From an uncultured Myxococcales bacterium (GTDB lineage Bacteria > Myxococcota_A > UBA9042 > UBA3505), in contig CAZQPP010000006.1 in NCBI GenBank assembly GCA_964594295.1, positions 1 to 42,005 of the forward strand: a stretch of 42,005 bases of DNA. The letters run 5' to 3'. A model generated the notes under the pieces. It had not been told where the DNA came from, did not search any database, and worked only from the letters and a program-made list of their open reading frames with translations. Position 1 is the stretch's first letter, and every line of letters starts with the position of its first letter. Positions 1-8,624 of this stretch are shown here, one piece after another. The position numbers and the translations under genes were made by a program.

Positions 1-1031
1 GCCGACGCAGCAGCGGACAGGGCGCCGCGGGGCGATGCCTCGGTGCCCTCGACGGTGAGAGAGGCGCTGGGATCGATCCTGCGGATGCGCTCGGGGAGCG
101 GCGGGTGCGTCGCGAAGGCGTTGGAGAGGAAGCCGCCGTGCATGGCGTTGGCGAAGAAGAAGTGGCCCAGTTCGTCCGCCCCGCGCGCCTGCACGAGAGA
201 GCCGCCCGCGGCCGCGGCGATCTTGGAGAGCGCGCCCGCGATCCCGCGCGGGTTGCGTGTGAACTGGACCGCCGAGGCGTCGGCGAGGAACTCGCGTTGA
301 CGGGAGATGGCCGCCTGGATGAGGCGGCCGAAGAGGGTGCCGACTGAGCCGATGATCCACAGCCCTAAGCCGACGGCGACGGGGCCGAGGGCGGCGCGGC
401 GGCTCGAGGTCCTGATGTGCGCCGCGCGGAGCAGCCAGCGGCCCAGCACGCCGATGGCCATGATCCCGTAGACCACTCCTATCAGGCGCGTGTTGATCCG
501 CATGTCGCCGTTGAGGATGTGGCTGAACTCGTGGGCGACCACGCCCTGCAGCTCGTCCCGGTCGAGCTGCTCGAGGCCCCCGCGCGTGACGGCCACCACC
601 GCGTCGTCGACCTCGTAGCCGGCGGCGAAGGCGTTGATGGACTCCTCCTCGAGCACGGCCACCGCGGGCACCGCGACGCCGGACGCGATGGCCATCTCCT
701 CGACCACGTTGACGAGTCGGCGCTCGCCTTCGTCCGTCGTCGCCGGGTCGACGCTGCGCCCGCCCACCGACGCAGCTACCGCGACGCCGCTGTGGCCGAG
801 GAGCCTGATCTTCTGCCAGGTCGCGACCCCGATCACGGTCAGGGTCGCCGCCGACACCCACAAGAGCAGATCGGGGCGCCACCACTGCACCCACAGGGCC
901 TCATCGTAGCCGAACGCCAACACGACGACGACGTAGAGGGCAGCGATGATGCCGCCGACGGCGAGGCAGTACAGGACCAGCAGGTACCACGTCCGGCGGC
1001 GAGCCTGGTCTTGATGCTCGAAAAAGTTCAT
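1..1031 (-). CDS. M48 family (HtpX/Ste24-like) membrane zinc metallopeptidase, C-terminus outside the window
   Basis: Manual minus-strand translation from ATG at 1031: MNFFEHQDQARRRTWYLLVLY..., HEXXH motif VVAHEFSHILNGDMR (~519-533), SRQREFLADASAVQFTRNP, FATHPPLPERIRRID. It is absent from the ORF track because there is no stop in the window. Confidence 0.93.
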   Translation of the reverse strand, partial: MNFFEHQDQARRRTWYLLVLYCLAVGGIIAALYVVVVLAFGYDEALWVQWWRPDLLLWVSAATLTVIGVATWQKIRLLGHSGVAVAASVGGRSVDPATTDEGERRLVNVVEEMAIASGVAVPAVAVLEEESINAFAAGYEVDDAVVAVTRGGLEQLDRDELQGVVAHEFSHILNGDMRINTRLIGVVYGIMAIGVLGRWLLRAAHIRTSSRRAALGPVAVGLGLWIIGSVGTLFGRLIQAAISRQREFLADASAVQFTRNPRGIAGALSKIAAAAGGSLVQARGADELGHFFFANAMHGGFLSNAFATHPPLPERIRRIDPSASLTVEGTEASPRGALSAAAS

Positions 1032-1152
1032 CGGAGCGAGGGAATTCTCGCCGAATTGCGTGCGCGGGCAAGAATCTCCAAGGGAGGCGGCGCGTGTTGC
1101 GCGTAACTGCGCTGCGCAGGCTCAAGCTCTGCGCGGGAGATCCGATTCACTC

Positions 1153-3501
1153 ATGCGCGTGCCCATGATGATCCCTTCTCCCCCAGGCATCGGAACGACG
1201 CGCGCCGCGGTGATGAGCGCGGCGCTGTGGCTGTGTGCGTGCACCGCCGCGACGGACGCCACGGTCGGCGCCGGCGAAGAGGGCCCCGCGCAGGCGAGCA
1301 GCGACGAGGGGGTGGTGTTCCAGACACCCTATTGGTCCACTGACCAGGGCGTGAGGACAACGGGACCCGGGACGGGCGACGGGGGCGGTGTCGCCCCGCT
1401 CGCGGACAGCGGCGGGACGCCCGGCGCGTTCGACGCCGGTCCCCTGCCCGGCGGTCCGGACCCCGGCTGGGAGCCTCCCAGCGGAGACCGCGGGCACAGC
1501 GGAGCGGCGGACCTCGGGCGTGTCGACCAGGGCGGCGGGGCAGATCTCGGAGCTCCCGCCGGAGGCCAGGACGCGGGGCCGGTGGGATGGCCCGATCCGG
1601 GCGTTGGCTCCCCGGACCCTGGCAACGGGCCGGCACCCGACCCTGGAACCTGCGTGCCGGTGGCAGAGCGCTGCAACGGGCAAGACGACGACTGCGACGG
1701 CTTCGTCGACGAGGAGACTACCGACTGCGACGACCAGATCGCCTGCACCGCCGACAGCTGCGAGGCGTCGGGGTGCCACCACGTGCCCGACGACAGCCTC
1801 TGCGACGACAGCAACTCCTGCACCGACGACAGCTGCGACTGGCAGACCGGGTGCGCCTACCGCCTGATGGAAGGACCGCCCTGCGACGACGGCAACCCGT
1901 GCACGACCGGCGACACCTGCGACGAGACCGGGAGCTGCACGGGAGAGCCCATCGCCGACTGCTGCAGCGAGCACCTGCACTGTGACGACGGCAACGTCTG
2001 CACCACCGACCGCTGTGAGCAGGGGACCTGCCTGAGCTTCCCCGCCCCGGTCGGGGTCACCTGCGACGACGGCGACCCGTGCACCGAGCAGGACGGGTGC
2101 TTCAACGGCGCCTGCAGCGGGGTCCCCATCAGCTGCGACGACTCAAACCCGTGCACCGACGACCTCTGCTCCGGGGGCAGCTGCTCGAACACACGATCGA
2201 GCGACGGGCAGCATTGCGACGACGGGGATCCGTGCACCACCGGCGACGCCTGCAGCTCGGGGCACTGCGCTGGAGAGACAACCGACTGCGACGACGGCGA
2301 GCCCTGCACAGCCGACAGCTGCGCGGGCGGGGGCTGCATCCACGGGGAGCTCCCCGACGGCTCGAGCTGCCCGGGGGGAGTCTGCCAGGGCGGGTCCTGC
2401 CGACTCACGGATGGTGCGCGTCTCGTCGCGGCGGGCGGCGAGCACTCCTGCGCGGTGCGCCAGAGCGGCGCCGTCCTGTGTTGGGGGAGCAACGCCTCGG
2501 GCCAGCTCGGCGACGGGAGCACGGTCCTGTTCCGCCCTGCCCCCTCGGAGCCCGTGAGCGCTCTCGAGGCGCCCGTTGCCCTCGGCGCCGGCACCTCACA
2601 CACGTGCGCCGTGGCTGCCGACGGTGCGGCCCACTGCTGGGGCAGCAACGCCACCGGACAGCTCGGCGACCCCGACGCCGGCTTCGAGCGCCGGACGCCC
2701 TTCCCCGTGCTCGGCCTCTCCGACGCCGCGTCGATAGACGGCGGCCACGAGCACACCTGCGCGCGGCGCCGCAGCGGAGCCATCTGGTGTTGGGGCTCGG
2801 ACATCCACGGCCGACTCGGCAACGGCCACCACTTCACCGGCGAGGTCCACTACACCGCCGTCGAGGTCAACAACATCTGGGCGGCGACCGACGTGGCCGC
2901 CGGCGGTGATCACGGCTGCGCCGCCGTCAACACCGGGCGGGTCTGGTGCTGGGGCCGCAACATGCACGGCGAGATCGGCGACGGGACCTCTGGTGGCGGC
3001 GCCGAGCACGACTTCCCCGTCGAGGTGCACGAGCTCAGCTCGGCGACGGCGGTGGCGACGGGGCACCAGCACAGCTGCGCGGCCGAGGCCGACGGCACGG
3101 TCTGGTGCTGGGGCCGCGGCATGCGAGGTCAGATCGGCCACGGAGGCAGCGGACAGCTCATCGGCGCCACCACCCCGCACGTCGCGACGGGGGTCTTCGA
3201 CGCCATAGACGTCGCCGCCGGCCAGGAGCACACCTGCGCCCTCACGGGCGGCGGCCAGGTCTGGTGCTGGGGCGCCGGCACCGACGGGCAGATCGGAGAC
3301 GGCGGCACGACCGACCGCACCTACCCCACCCGGGTCCAGTCCCTCCCGCCGACGGCCGCCCTCAGCGTAGGCCGCTCCCACTCTTGCGCTCTCGCGCGCG
3401 GCGGCGCGGTCTACTGCTGGGGCTCGAACTCCTCGGGCCAGATCGGCGACGGCACCAGCGGCGGCCTCCGCCCCTTGCCGGTGCGAGTGCAGGGTTTCTG
3501 A
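1153..3501 (+). CDS. Predicted lipoprotein: Pro/Gly linker, Cys-rich CDDGNPCTxD repeats, C-terminal 7-bladed RCC1/BLIP-II-like beta-propeller
   Basis: ORF 1060..3501; a likelier start is ATG 1153 or a nearby in-frame ATG. Lipobox-like AALWLCAC, one ERCNGQDDDCDGFVDE motif, tandem CDDxNxCTxDxC units, seven GxxHxCA...GxVxCWGxNxxGQ(L/I)GxG repeats from ~2420. Confidence 0.88.
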   Translation: MRVPMMIPSPPGIGTTRAAVMSAALWLCACTAATDATVGAGEEGPAQASSDEGVVFQTPYWSTDQGVRTTGPGTGDGGGVAPLADSGGTPGAFDAGPLPGGPDPGWEPPSGDRGHSGAADLGRVDQGGGADLGAPAGGQDAGPVGWPDPGVGSPDPGNGPAPDPGTCVPVAERCNGQDDDCDGFVDEETTDCDDQIACTADSCEASGCHHVPDDSLCDDSNSCTDDSCDWQTGCAYRLMEGPPCDDGNPCTTGDTCDETGSCTGEPIADCCSEHLHCDDGNVCTTDRCEQGTCLSFPAPVGVTCDDGDPCTEQDGCFNGACSGVPISCDDSNPCTDDLCSGGSCSNTRSSDGQHCDDGDPCTTGDACSSGHCAGETTDCDDGEPCTADSCAGGGCIHGELPDGSSCPGGVCQGGSCRLTDGARLVAAGGEHSCAVRQSGAVLCWGSNASGQLGDGSTVLFRPAPSEPVSALEAPVALGAGTSHTCAVAADGAAHCWGSNATGQLGDPDAGFERRTPFPVLGLSDAASIDGGHEHTCARRRSGAIWCWGSDIHGRLGNGHHFTGEVHYTAVEVNNIWAATDVAAGGDHGCAAVNTGRVWCWGRNMHGEIGDGTSGGGAEHDFPVEVHELSSATAVATGHQHSCAAEADGTVWCWGRGMRGQIGHGGSGQLIGATTPHVATGVFDAIDVAAGQEHTCALTGGGQVWCWGAGTDGQIGDGGTTDRTYPTRVQSLPPTAALSVGRSHSCALARGGAVYCWGSNSSGQIGDGTSGGLRPLPVRVQGF

Positions 3502-3561
3502 GCGCCGGGAGCTACCCCTCCTACCGCGTACGAAGCTTTGCACCGCGCACTTTATTACGCA

Positions 3562-3583
3562 GTGTGTCAATCTCGTGACGCAC
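3562..3583. promoter_or_regulatory. Near-perfect inverted repeat, candidate enhancer-binding-protein site
   Basis: GTGTGTCA-N6-TGACGCAC (1 mismatch) in an AT-richer intergenic stretch ~30 nt upstream of a sigma54-type element. Confidence 0.45.
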
Positions 3584-3613
3584 GTAAGTCTTTGAAATTA
3601 CAGTGCCCGATTT

Positions 3614-3629
3614 TGGCACAAGAATTGCT
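3614..3629 (+). promoter_or_regulatory. Sigma54 (RpoN) -24/-12 promoter
   Basis: TGGCACAAGAATTGCT matches the TGGCAC-N5-TTGCW consensus with exact GG-N10-GC spacing, ~50 nt before ATG 3681. Confidence 0.78.
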
Positions 3630-3680
3630 TAACCTCCTCGCGGCCCGTCGGGCACCCTGTGGATCAAAGCGCGAGGCACC

Positions 3681-4679
3681 ATGCAAGCGAGCAACGTCGC
3701 CCTGCTGCTGAATCGAAACGCACGCCGCGTCAACGAGCGCGCGCTCGCCCGCATCGGCGAGTGGGTGCCCGAGCAACAGGTCTACGCTACGCGCTCCGAG
3801 GAGGAGTCCGTGGAGGCCGTGCGCGACATCCTTCGCCGCGGCTACGGGAACGTCTTCGCCGGGGGCGGGGACGGGACCTTCGTCGGGCTGGTCAACACCC
3901 TGGCCGAGGAGAGGCCGGAGGGTCCCTGGCCGAGGCTCGGCGTGCTCCGCCTCGGGACCGGGAACGCCCTCGCGCAGCTGGTCTCCTCGGGCTCTCCGGA
4001 GGACGACCTCCAGGCCTTCCTCGCCCACGAGCCCAAAGACGACCTGCCCCTCTCGCTGATCCGCGACGATCGCGGGGTGCTCTTCCCCTTCGGCGGCCTC
4101 GGCTGGGACGCGCGAATCCTCAACGACTACAACACCCTCAAGGAAAGCGGCACGAGCCGCTACCTCGGGCCCCTCGGGCGCGGCGTCGCGGCCTACTTCG
4201 CCGCCGGCTTCGGGCGCACCGCCCCGCGGGTAGCCCTGGAGGCCTTGCGCAACCAGCGCACCCGGGTGCGGGTAACCTCGCTCGGGGACCAGGCCTTCTC
4301 GCTGGGCGCCAACGGCGTCGTCGAGAGCTACCACGAGCCCGGCGAGGTGCTCTACGAAGGGCCCGCGTCGACGGTCATGGTGGGCACCACGCCGTACTAC
4401 GGCTACGGCATGAAGGTCCTCCCCTTCGCCAGCCGCTACCCCTCCATGTTCCAGGTGCGCATCGCCGACTTGTCGGTGCGGCGCGTCGCTCGCATCCTCC
4501 CGGCAGTCTGGAACGGCACCTACCACGGCCACGACATCATGGACTTCGCGGCGGAGTCGGTCCGCGTGACCTTCGACCGCCCGACCCCGTACCAGGTGGC
4601 CGGAGACGGTACCGGCGAGCGCGAGGACCTCACCTTCAGCATCGCGCCGCAGCCCTTGAGGCTCATCCGCCTCATCTAG
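3681..4679 (+). CDS. Diacylglycerol/lipid kinase family protein (DAGK_cat, YegS/DgkB-like)
   Basis: LLLNRNA, FAGGGDGTF (GGDGT motif), LRLGTGNALA, GLGWDARIL, YYGYGM and YQVAGDG motifs; 332 aa. Confidence 0.9.
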   Translation: MQASNVALLLNRNARRVNERALARIGEWVPEQQVYATRSEEESVEAVRDILRRGYGNVFAGGGDGTFVGLVNTLAEERPEGPWPRLGVLRLGTGNALAQLVSSGSPEDDLQAFLAHEPKDDLPLSLIRDDRGVLFPFGGLGWDARILNDYNTLKESGTSRYLGPLGRGVAAYFAAGFGRTAPRVALEALRNQRTRVRVTSLGDQAFSLGANGVVESYHEPGEVLYEGPASTVMVGTTPYYGYGMKVLPFASRYPSMFQVRIADLSVRRVARILPAVWNGTYHGHDIMDFAAESVRVTFDRPTPYQVAGDGTGEREDLTFSIAPQPLRLIRLI

Positions 4680-4708
4680 GAGCCCGCCAAGCGCAGCGCC
4701 CGCGGGCT

Positions 4709-4740
4709 CCCAGCCCGTGCCCCTGCCCTTGCCCTTGCCC
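4709..4740. repeat. C-tract/hexamer tandem repeat (six G-tracts on the minus strand)
   Basis: cccagcccgtgcccctgcccttgcccttgccc; minus strand GGGCAAGGGCAAGGGCAGGGGCACGGGCTGGG. Confidence 0.6.
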
Positions 4741-4747
4741 GGGCCAT

Positions 4748-4784
4748 CTTGGGCGGCCGCCTCGAGCCTTGGGTGGCCGCCTCG
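4748..4784. repeat. 17-bp direct repeat with 20-bp period
   Basis: cttgggcggccgcctcg (4748-4764) and cttgggtggccgcctcg (4768-4784), 1 mismatch. Confidence 0.55.
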
Positions 4785-4864
4785 CAAATAGACCCGCGCG
4801 CACGCCGGAGCACGCGCGTACACACGTGCGAATTCAGAATGTAGCCCTCGATCGGCGGTCGCGC

Positions 4865-4893
4865 TTCACGCCGCTGTCGACTTCAGCTAAGCT
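4865..4893 (+). promoter_or_regulatory. Candidate sigma70-type promoter for the 4962-17538 operon
   Basis: TTCACG-N17-TAAGCT about 70 nt upstream of ATG 4962. Confidence 0.4.
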
Positions 4894-4961
4894 AGGCAGG
4901 CTGGTTCTCAGCCTGGGCACGTTGCGCCGCACGTACCCTCAGCCGACGGTGGAAAGCGAGA

Positions 4962-7900
4962 ATGTTGTCACGGACACGGTGGGCACCTTGGGTCAACACG
5001 CTGGCCGTGGCACTCCTCGTGGGCGCCTGCACCACTGATCAGCTGGACACCGGGCCGGTCGTCCAATCCGACACCGACAAGACGTCCGACGTAGACAACG
5101 TCGTCGGTGTGGACGGCAGCGAGGAGGAGGTCACCGGCGAGTGCCCCGAGCCGCCCTGCGTCGAGTGCAAGGAGAGCGCTGACTGCGACGACGCGTTCGC
5201 GGACCTCGGCCCCTGTGAGGTCGCCCTCTGCGTGGACGACATGTGCACGCGGCGCCCGAAGATCGAGGGCGCGCCCTGCGAAGACGGCGACCCCTGCACC
5301 CTCGGGGACCACTGCACCGTCGCAGCCGGCGGGAGGCTCGACTGCCGGGCGGGCTCGGGTGGGTGCTCGGACGATGACGTGTGCAACGGCGAGGAGGCCT
5401 GCGATCCGACGGAGGGCTGCATCGAAGGAGAGCCGCTCGAGTGTGACGACTCAGATGCCTGCACCACCGACACCTGTGATCCCGTGAATGGGTGCGTCCA
5501 CGGACCGAGCGGCGTGGAAGGCTGCTGCTCGGGCGACGCGGACTGCGACGACCAGAACACCTGCACCGACGACCGCTGCAACGTGGACGGCTTCTCCTGT
5601 GTCAACGAGGCCATCGACGGCGACTGCGACGACGGGGACGCCTGCACCGCGGAGGACACCTGCGACGCGGGCATCTGCGTCGGGGCCAAGACCGTCGACT
5701 GCGACGACAGGCAGCCCTGCACGGTGGACAGCTGCGACGCCGAGACAGGCTGCATGAACCGGCCGTCCGACGGACCGTGCGACGACGGCAACGCCTGCAC
5801 GACCGAGGACTCCTGCGTGGAGGGCCGCTGCGTGGGTGGCCCGCCGCCGGACTGCGACGACCAGAACGACTGCACGGCAGATCCCTGCGACATCAGCTCC
5901 GGCTGCGTGCACGAGGCGGTCGAGGGGCCCTGCGAGGACGGAGACCGGTGCACCGAGGCGGACACCTGCGAGGGGCGGCGCTGCGTGGCGGGCAACACCG
6001 TCGACTGCGACGACCGCGATCCGTGCACGATAGACGGCTGCGACCCGGAGACCGGCTGCACCCACGCCCCCTCGGACGTTGGCTGCGAGGACGGCGACCC
6101 GTGCACCTCGGGGGACACCTGCGTCGGCGGCAAGTGCGTCGGCGGCGAGCCCACCGACTGCGACGACGGCAAGCCCTGCACCGACGACGACTGCGACCCG
6201 GGAATCGGCTGTACCCACGAGGAGAGGAGCGGCGACTGCGAGGACGGCGAGCCCTGCACCGACGGGGACCAGTGCGAGGGCGGCGAGTGCGTCGGGGGCG
6301 ATCCCACCGACTGCGACGACGACAACGTCTGCACCGACGACTCCTGCGTTGACGGCGTCGGCTGCAGCAACGCCCCGGTGGAAGGCAGCTGCGACGACGG
6401 AGACCTCTGCACGGACCGCGACTTCTGCAAGGAGGGCGTATGTACCGGCGGCCCCCCGACCGACTGCGACGACAACAACGTCTGCACCGATGACACCTGC
6501 ACCTCGGACAGCGGGTGCGCGAGCGCGCCGGTGCCCGGGCCCTGCAACGACCTCAACCCCTGCACCGACACGGACACCTGCCAGGACGGGACCTGCTCGG
6601 GCTCACCCGTACCGGGCTGCCACATCGTCTGCGAGCTCGCGGGAGACCGCGGGGACGTGATCGAGTGCCCGATCGGCCTCGCACGGGTCGGCGAGGAGGG
6701 CCCCGCCGCGACGGAGATCTCCTTCCGGATCGAGTACCCCTCCGGGACGGCGGAGCTCGAGACCCTCGTCGACGAGGAGTGTGGTGGTGGAGCCTGCATC
6801 GACAGCCGCATACCGCAGGACAGCGCGCAGCTGCGGCCCAGCGGTCACGACGTGGCGCTCTCCCCGGCGAGGGCGGTCGAGTGGTTCGGGACCGTGGAGC
6901 TCCGGGTGGCCCACTCCCTCTGGCCGGATCGGAGCATCAACGACGCCTACGTCGTAGGAGGCCAGGTGCGCGGCAGCGACGCCAGCCTGCTGCGCCTTCG
7001 CTTCGAGCTCAGGAGCAGGGCCGCCAAGAGCTACGCCCTGCTCAGGAACATCACGGCGAAGAGCGCCGGGGGCGAGACCCTGGCCACCGACTTCTCCAAG
7101 AGCCTGATCCTCACCGGGGAGGCGCCTTGCAGCGGCGGCGTCTGCTTCGACGGCAAGGCGTGCACTACCGACGAGTGCATCGACGGGCAGTGCGTCTTCA
7201 CCCCGCAGACAGGCTCCTGCGACGACGGCAACGCCTGCACGGCGAACGACACCTGCGACCAGGAAGGCAACTGCCTGCCCGGGCCCCCCGCCGGACAGGG
7301 CAAGCCCTGCACCGGGGCCGACAAGTGCGCCGAGGTGGGGACCTGCGACGGACAGGGGACCTGCGTGATCGTCCCCGGCATGGCGGTGGTGTGCGAGGAG
7401 CCGGAGCACGGCTGCCAGGCCGCCGCCTGCGACCCGCGCAGCGGCACCTGCGTGTACTCCCCGAGGCCCGGTATCGGGTGCGACGACGGCGACGCGTGCA
7501 CGGAGGACGACACCTGCGACGCTCGCGGCCTCTGCTCGGGCACTGCGGTGGACTGCTCCGACCCCTTCGGCTGCACCATCGAGAGCTGCCACCGCGACAT
7601 GGGCTGCCAGCACTTCACGGCGCACGGCCTGTGCGACGACAGGAACCCCTGCACCGAGGACAGCTGCGACCCGAAGGTGGGCTGCCGCCACGATCCCAGG
7701 TCCGGCTCCTGCGAGGACGGCAACCTCTGCACGACCCTCGACAGCTGCGTCGACGGCCAGTGCGTCGGCACCAACGACCCGCGCTGCGCCTGCAGCTCCG
7801 ACGCGGAGTGCGACATCCTCGAGGCCGAGGACGGCAACGTGTGCAACGGGATCTTCGAGTGCCGCGGCGGGGTCTGCTCCATCGACCCCGCCACCATGAT

Positions 7901-8624
7901 CATGTGTCCCCCCGACGGCTACCAGTGCAAGGAGGGCTGGACCTGCGACAAGCTCACCGGAGAGTGCTCGGGCCAGCCCAAGAGCTGCGACGACGGCCTG
8001 GCCTGCACGGCCGACAGCTGCTCGCCGACCTTCGGCTGCAAGCACGAGTACATCTCCTTGTGCCCCGTGGCGAACATCTGCAGCCTGACCGGCGGCACCG
8101 GAGAGGAGGTGGAGTGCGTCGTCAGGTTGGCGCGCGAGTCCGCCGGCCAGCCCGTCCCCAGCGGCGGAACGCTGCGACTGCACTGGGACAAGAGCCGGCT
8201 GCGCCTGAAGAACCTCTCCGACGAGTTCTGCATCGGCTCGAGCTGCATCCCCTTCGACATGGTCACGTGCAACTCCGAGGGCAAGCAGTGCACCCACGAG
8301 AAGCTGCGGCCGAGCCGTCACGACCTGCTCCTCGCTCCGCGCAACGTCGCCGACTGGAAGGACTGGGTCTCGATGCTGATGTTCCACGCCTCCGAGCCGA
8401 ACGAGCCGCTCTCCACCGCGGTGTTGGCGCCGGACGGGAGCGTGGGCGACGAGTCGGAGATCCTCGTCTTGCGCTTCGAGCTCGTCTCGGAGGCGCTCTC
8501 CTTCGACCCCGCCGAGGTGGCCGTCGGCCAGGTCTTCTTCAACCCGTCCTCGGGCCTCCCAATGAGGGTCTTCGTCCGTGAGCACCCCGAAGGCACGGTA
8601 TTCGTAGTGAGGGCCGAGCGATGA
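4962..8624 (+). CDS. Cys-rich lipoprotein with two cohesin-like modules (putative anchoring scaffoldin)
   Basis: 1220 aa; lipobox LLVGAC (Cys23); long arrays of CDDG(D/N)xCTxxDxC repeats; two homologous ~165-180-aa Cys-poor beta-rich modules at ~6621-7119 and ~8076-8621. Confidence 0.88.
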   Translation: MLSRTRWAPWVNTLAVALLVGACTTDQLDTGPVVQSDTDKTSDVDNVVGVDGSEEEVTGECPEPPCVECKESADCDDAFADLGPCEVALCVDDMCTRRPKIEGAPCEDGDPCTLGDHCTVAAGGRLDCRAGSGGCSDDDVCNGEEACDPTEGCIEGEPLECDDSDACTTDTCDPVNGCVHGPSGVEGCCSGDADCDDQNTCTDDRCNVDGFSCVNEAIDGDCDDGDACTAEDTCDAGICVGAKTVDCDDRQPCTVDSCDAETGCMNRPSDGPCDDGNACTTEDSCVEGRCVGGPPPDCDDQNDCTADPCDISSGCVHEAVEGPCEDGDRCTEADTCEGRRCVAGNTVDCDDRDPCTIDGCDPETGCTHAPSDVGCEDGDPCTSGDTCVGGKCVGGEPTDCDDGKPCTDDDCDPGIGCTHEERSGDCEDGEPCTDGDQCEGGECVGGDPTDCDDDNVCTDDSCVDGVGCSNAPVEGSCDDGDLCTDRDFCKEGVCTGGPPTDCDDNNVCTDDTCTSDSGCASAPVPGPCNDLNPCTDTDTCQDGTCSGSPVPGCHIVCELAGDRGDVIECPIGLARVGEEGPAATEISFRIEYPSGTAELETLVDEECGGGACIDSRIPQDSAQLRPSGHDVALSPARAVEWFGTVELRVAHSLWPDRSINDAYVVGGQVRGSDASLLRLRFELRSRAAKSYALLRNITAKSAGGETLATDFSKSLILTGEAPCSGGVCFDGKACTTDECIDGQCVFTPQTGSCDDGNACTANDTCDQEGNCLPGPPAGQGKPCTGADKCAEVGTCDGQGTCVIVPGMAVVCEEPEHGCQAAACDPRSGTCVYSPRPGIGCDDGDACTEDDTCDARGLCSGTAVDCSDPFGCTIESCHRDMGCQHFTAHGLCDDRNPCTEDSCDPKVGCRHDPRSGSCEDGNLCTTLDSCVDGQCVGTNDPRCACSSDAECDILEAEDGNVCNGIFECRGGVCSIDPATMIMCPPDGYQCKEGWTCDKLTGECSGQPKSCDDGLACTADSCSPTFGCKHEYISLCPVANICSLTGGTGEEVECVVRLARESAGQPVPSGGTLRLHWDKSRLRLKNLSDEFCIGSSCIPFDMVTCNSEGKQCTHEKLRPSRHDLLLAPRNVADWKDWVSMLMFHASEPNEPLSTAVLAPDGSVGDESEILVLRFELVSEALSFDPAEVAVGQVFFNPSSGLPMRVFVREHPEGTVFVVRAER
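5275..6605 (+). repeat. Tandem Cys-rich CDDG(N/D)xCTxxDxC repeat array (Dictyostelium/myxobacterial-type)
   Basis: Alternating CDDGDxCTxxDTCxxGxC and CDDxxxCTxDxCDPxxGC units in the translation. Confidence 0.85.
6621..7119 (+). other. Cohesin-like module 1
   Basis: CELAGDRGDVIECPIGLAR...ISFRIEYPSGTAEL...LRPSGHDV...LLRLRFEL resembles the cohesin pattern G-x2-G-x2-VxVPI...FxIxYD...L...LxxLxF. Confidence 0.55.
8076..8621 (+). other. Cohesin-like module 2
   Basis: CSLTGGTGEEVECVVRLAR...GTLRLHWDKSRLRL...LRPSRHDL...ILVLRFEL; paralogous to module 1. Confidence 0.55.

Noticed and set aside
43-1106. Plus-strand ORFs 43..300, 105..347, 417..1106, 634..909
   Set aside because: They lie antisense to the M48 peptidase, which has clear catalytic motifs.
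3659-5038. 459-aa Arg-rich ORF overlapping the kinase
   Set aside because: Alternate-frame artefact; the 3681..4679 frame carries the DAGK motifs.
5275-6605. Regularly spaced DNA repeats (tgcgacgacggc...) as a possible CRISPR array
   Set aside because: They are degenerate, in-frame coding repeats; no invariant repeat with unique spacers and no cas genes.
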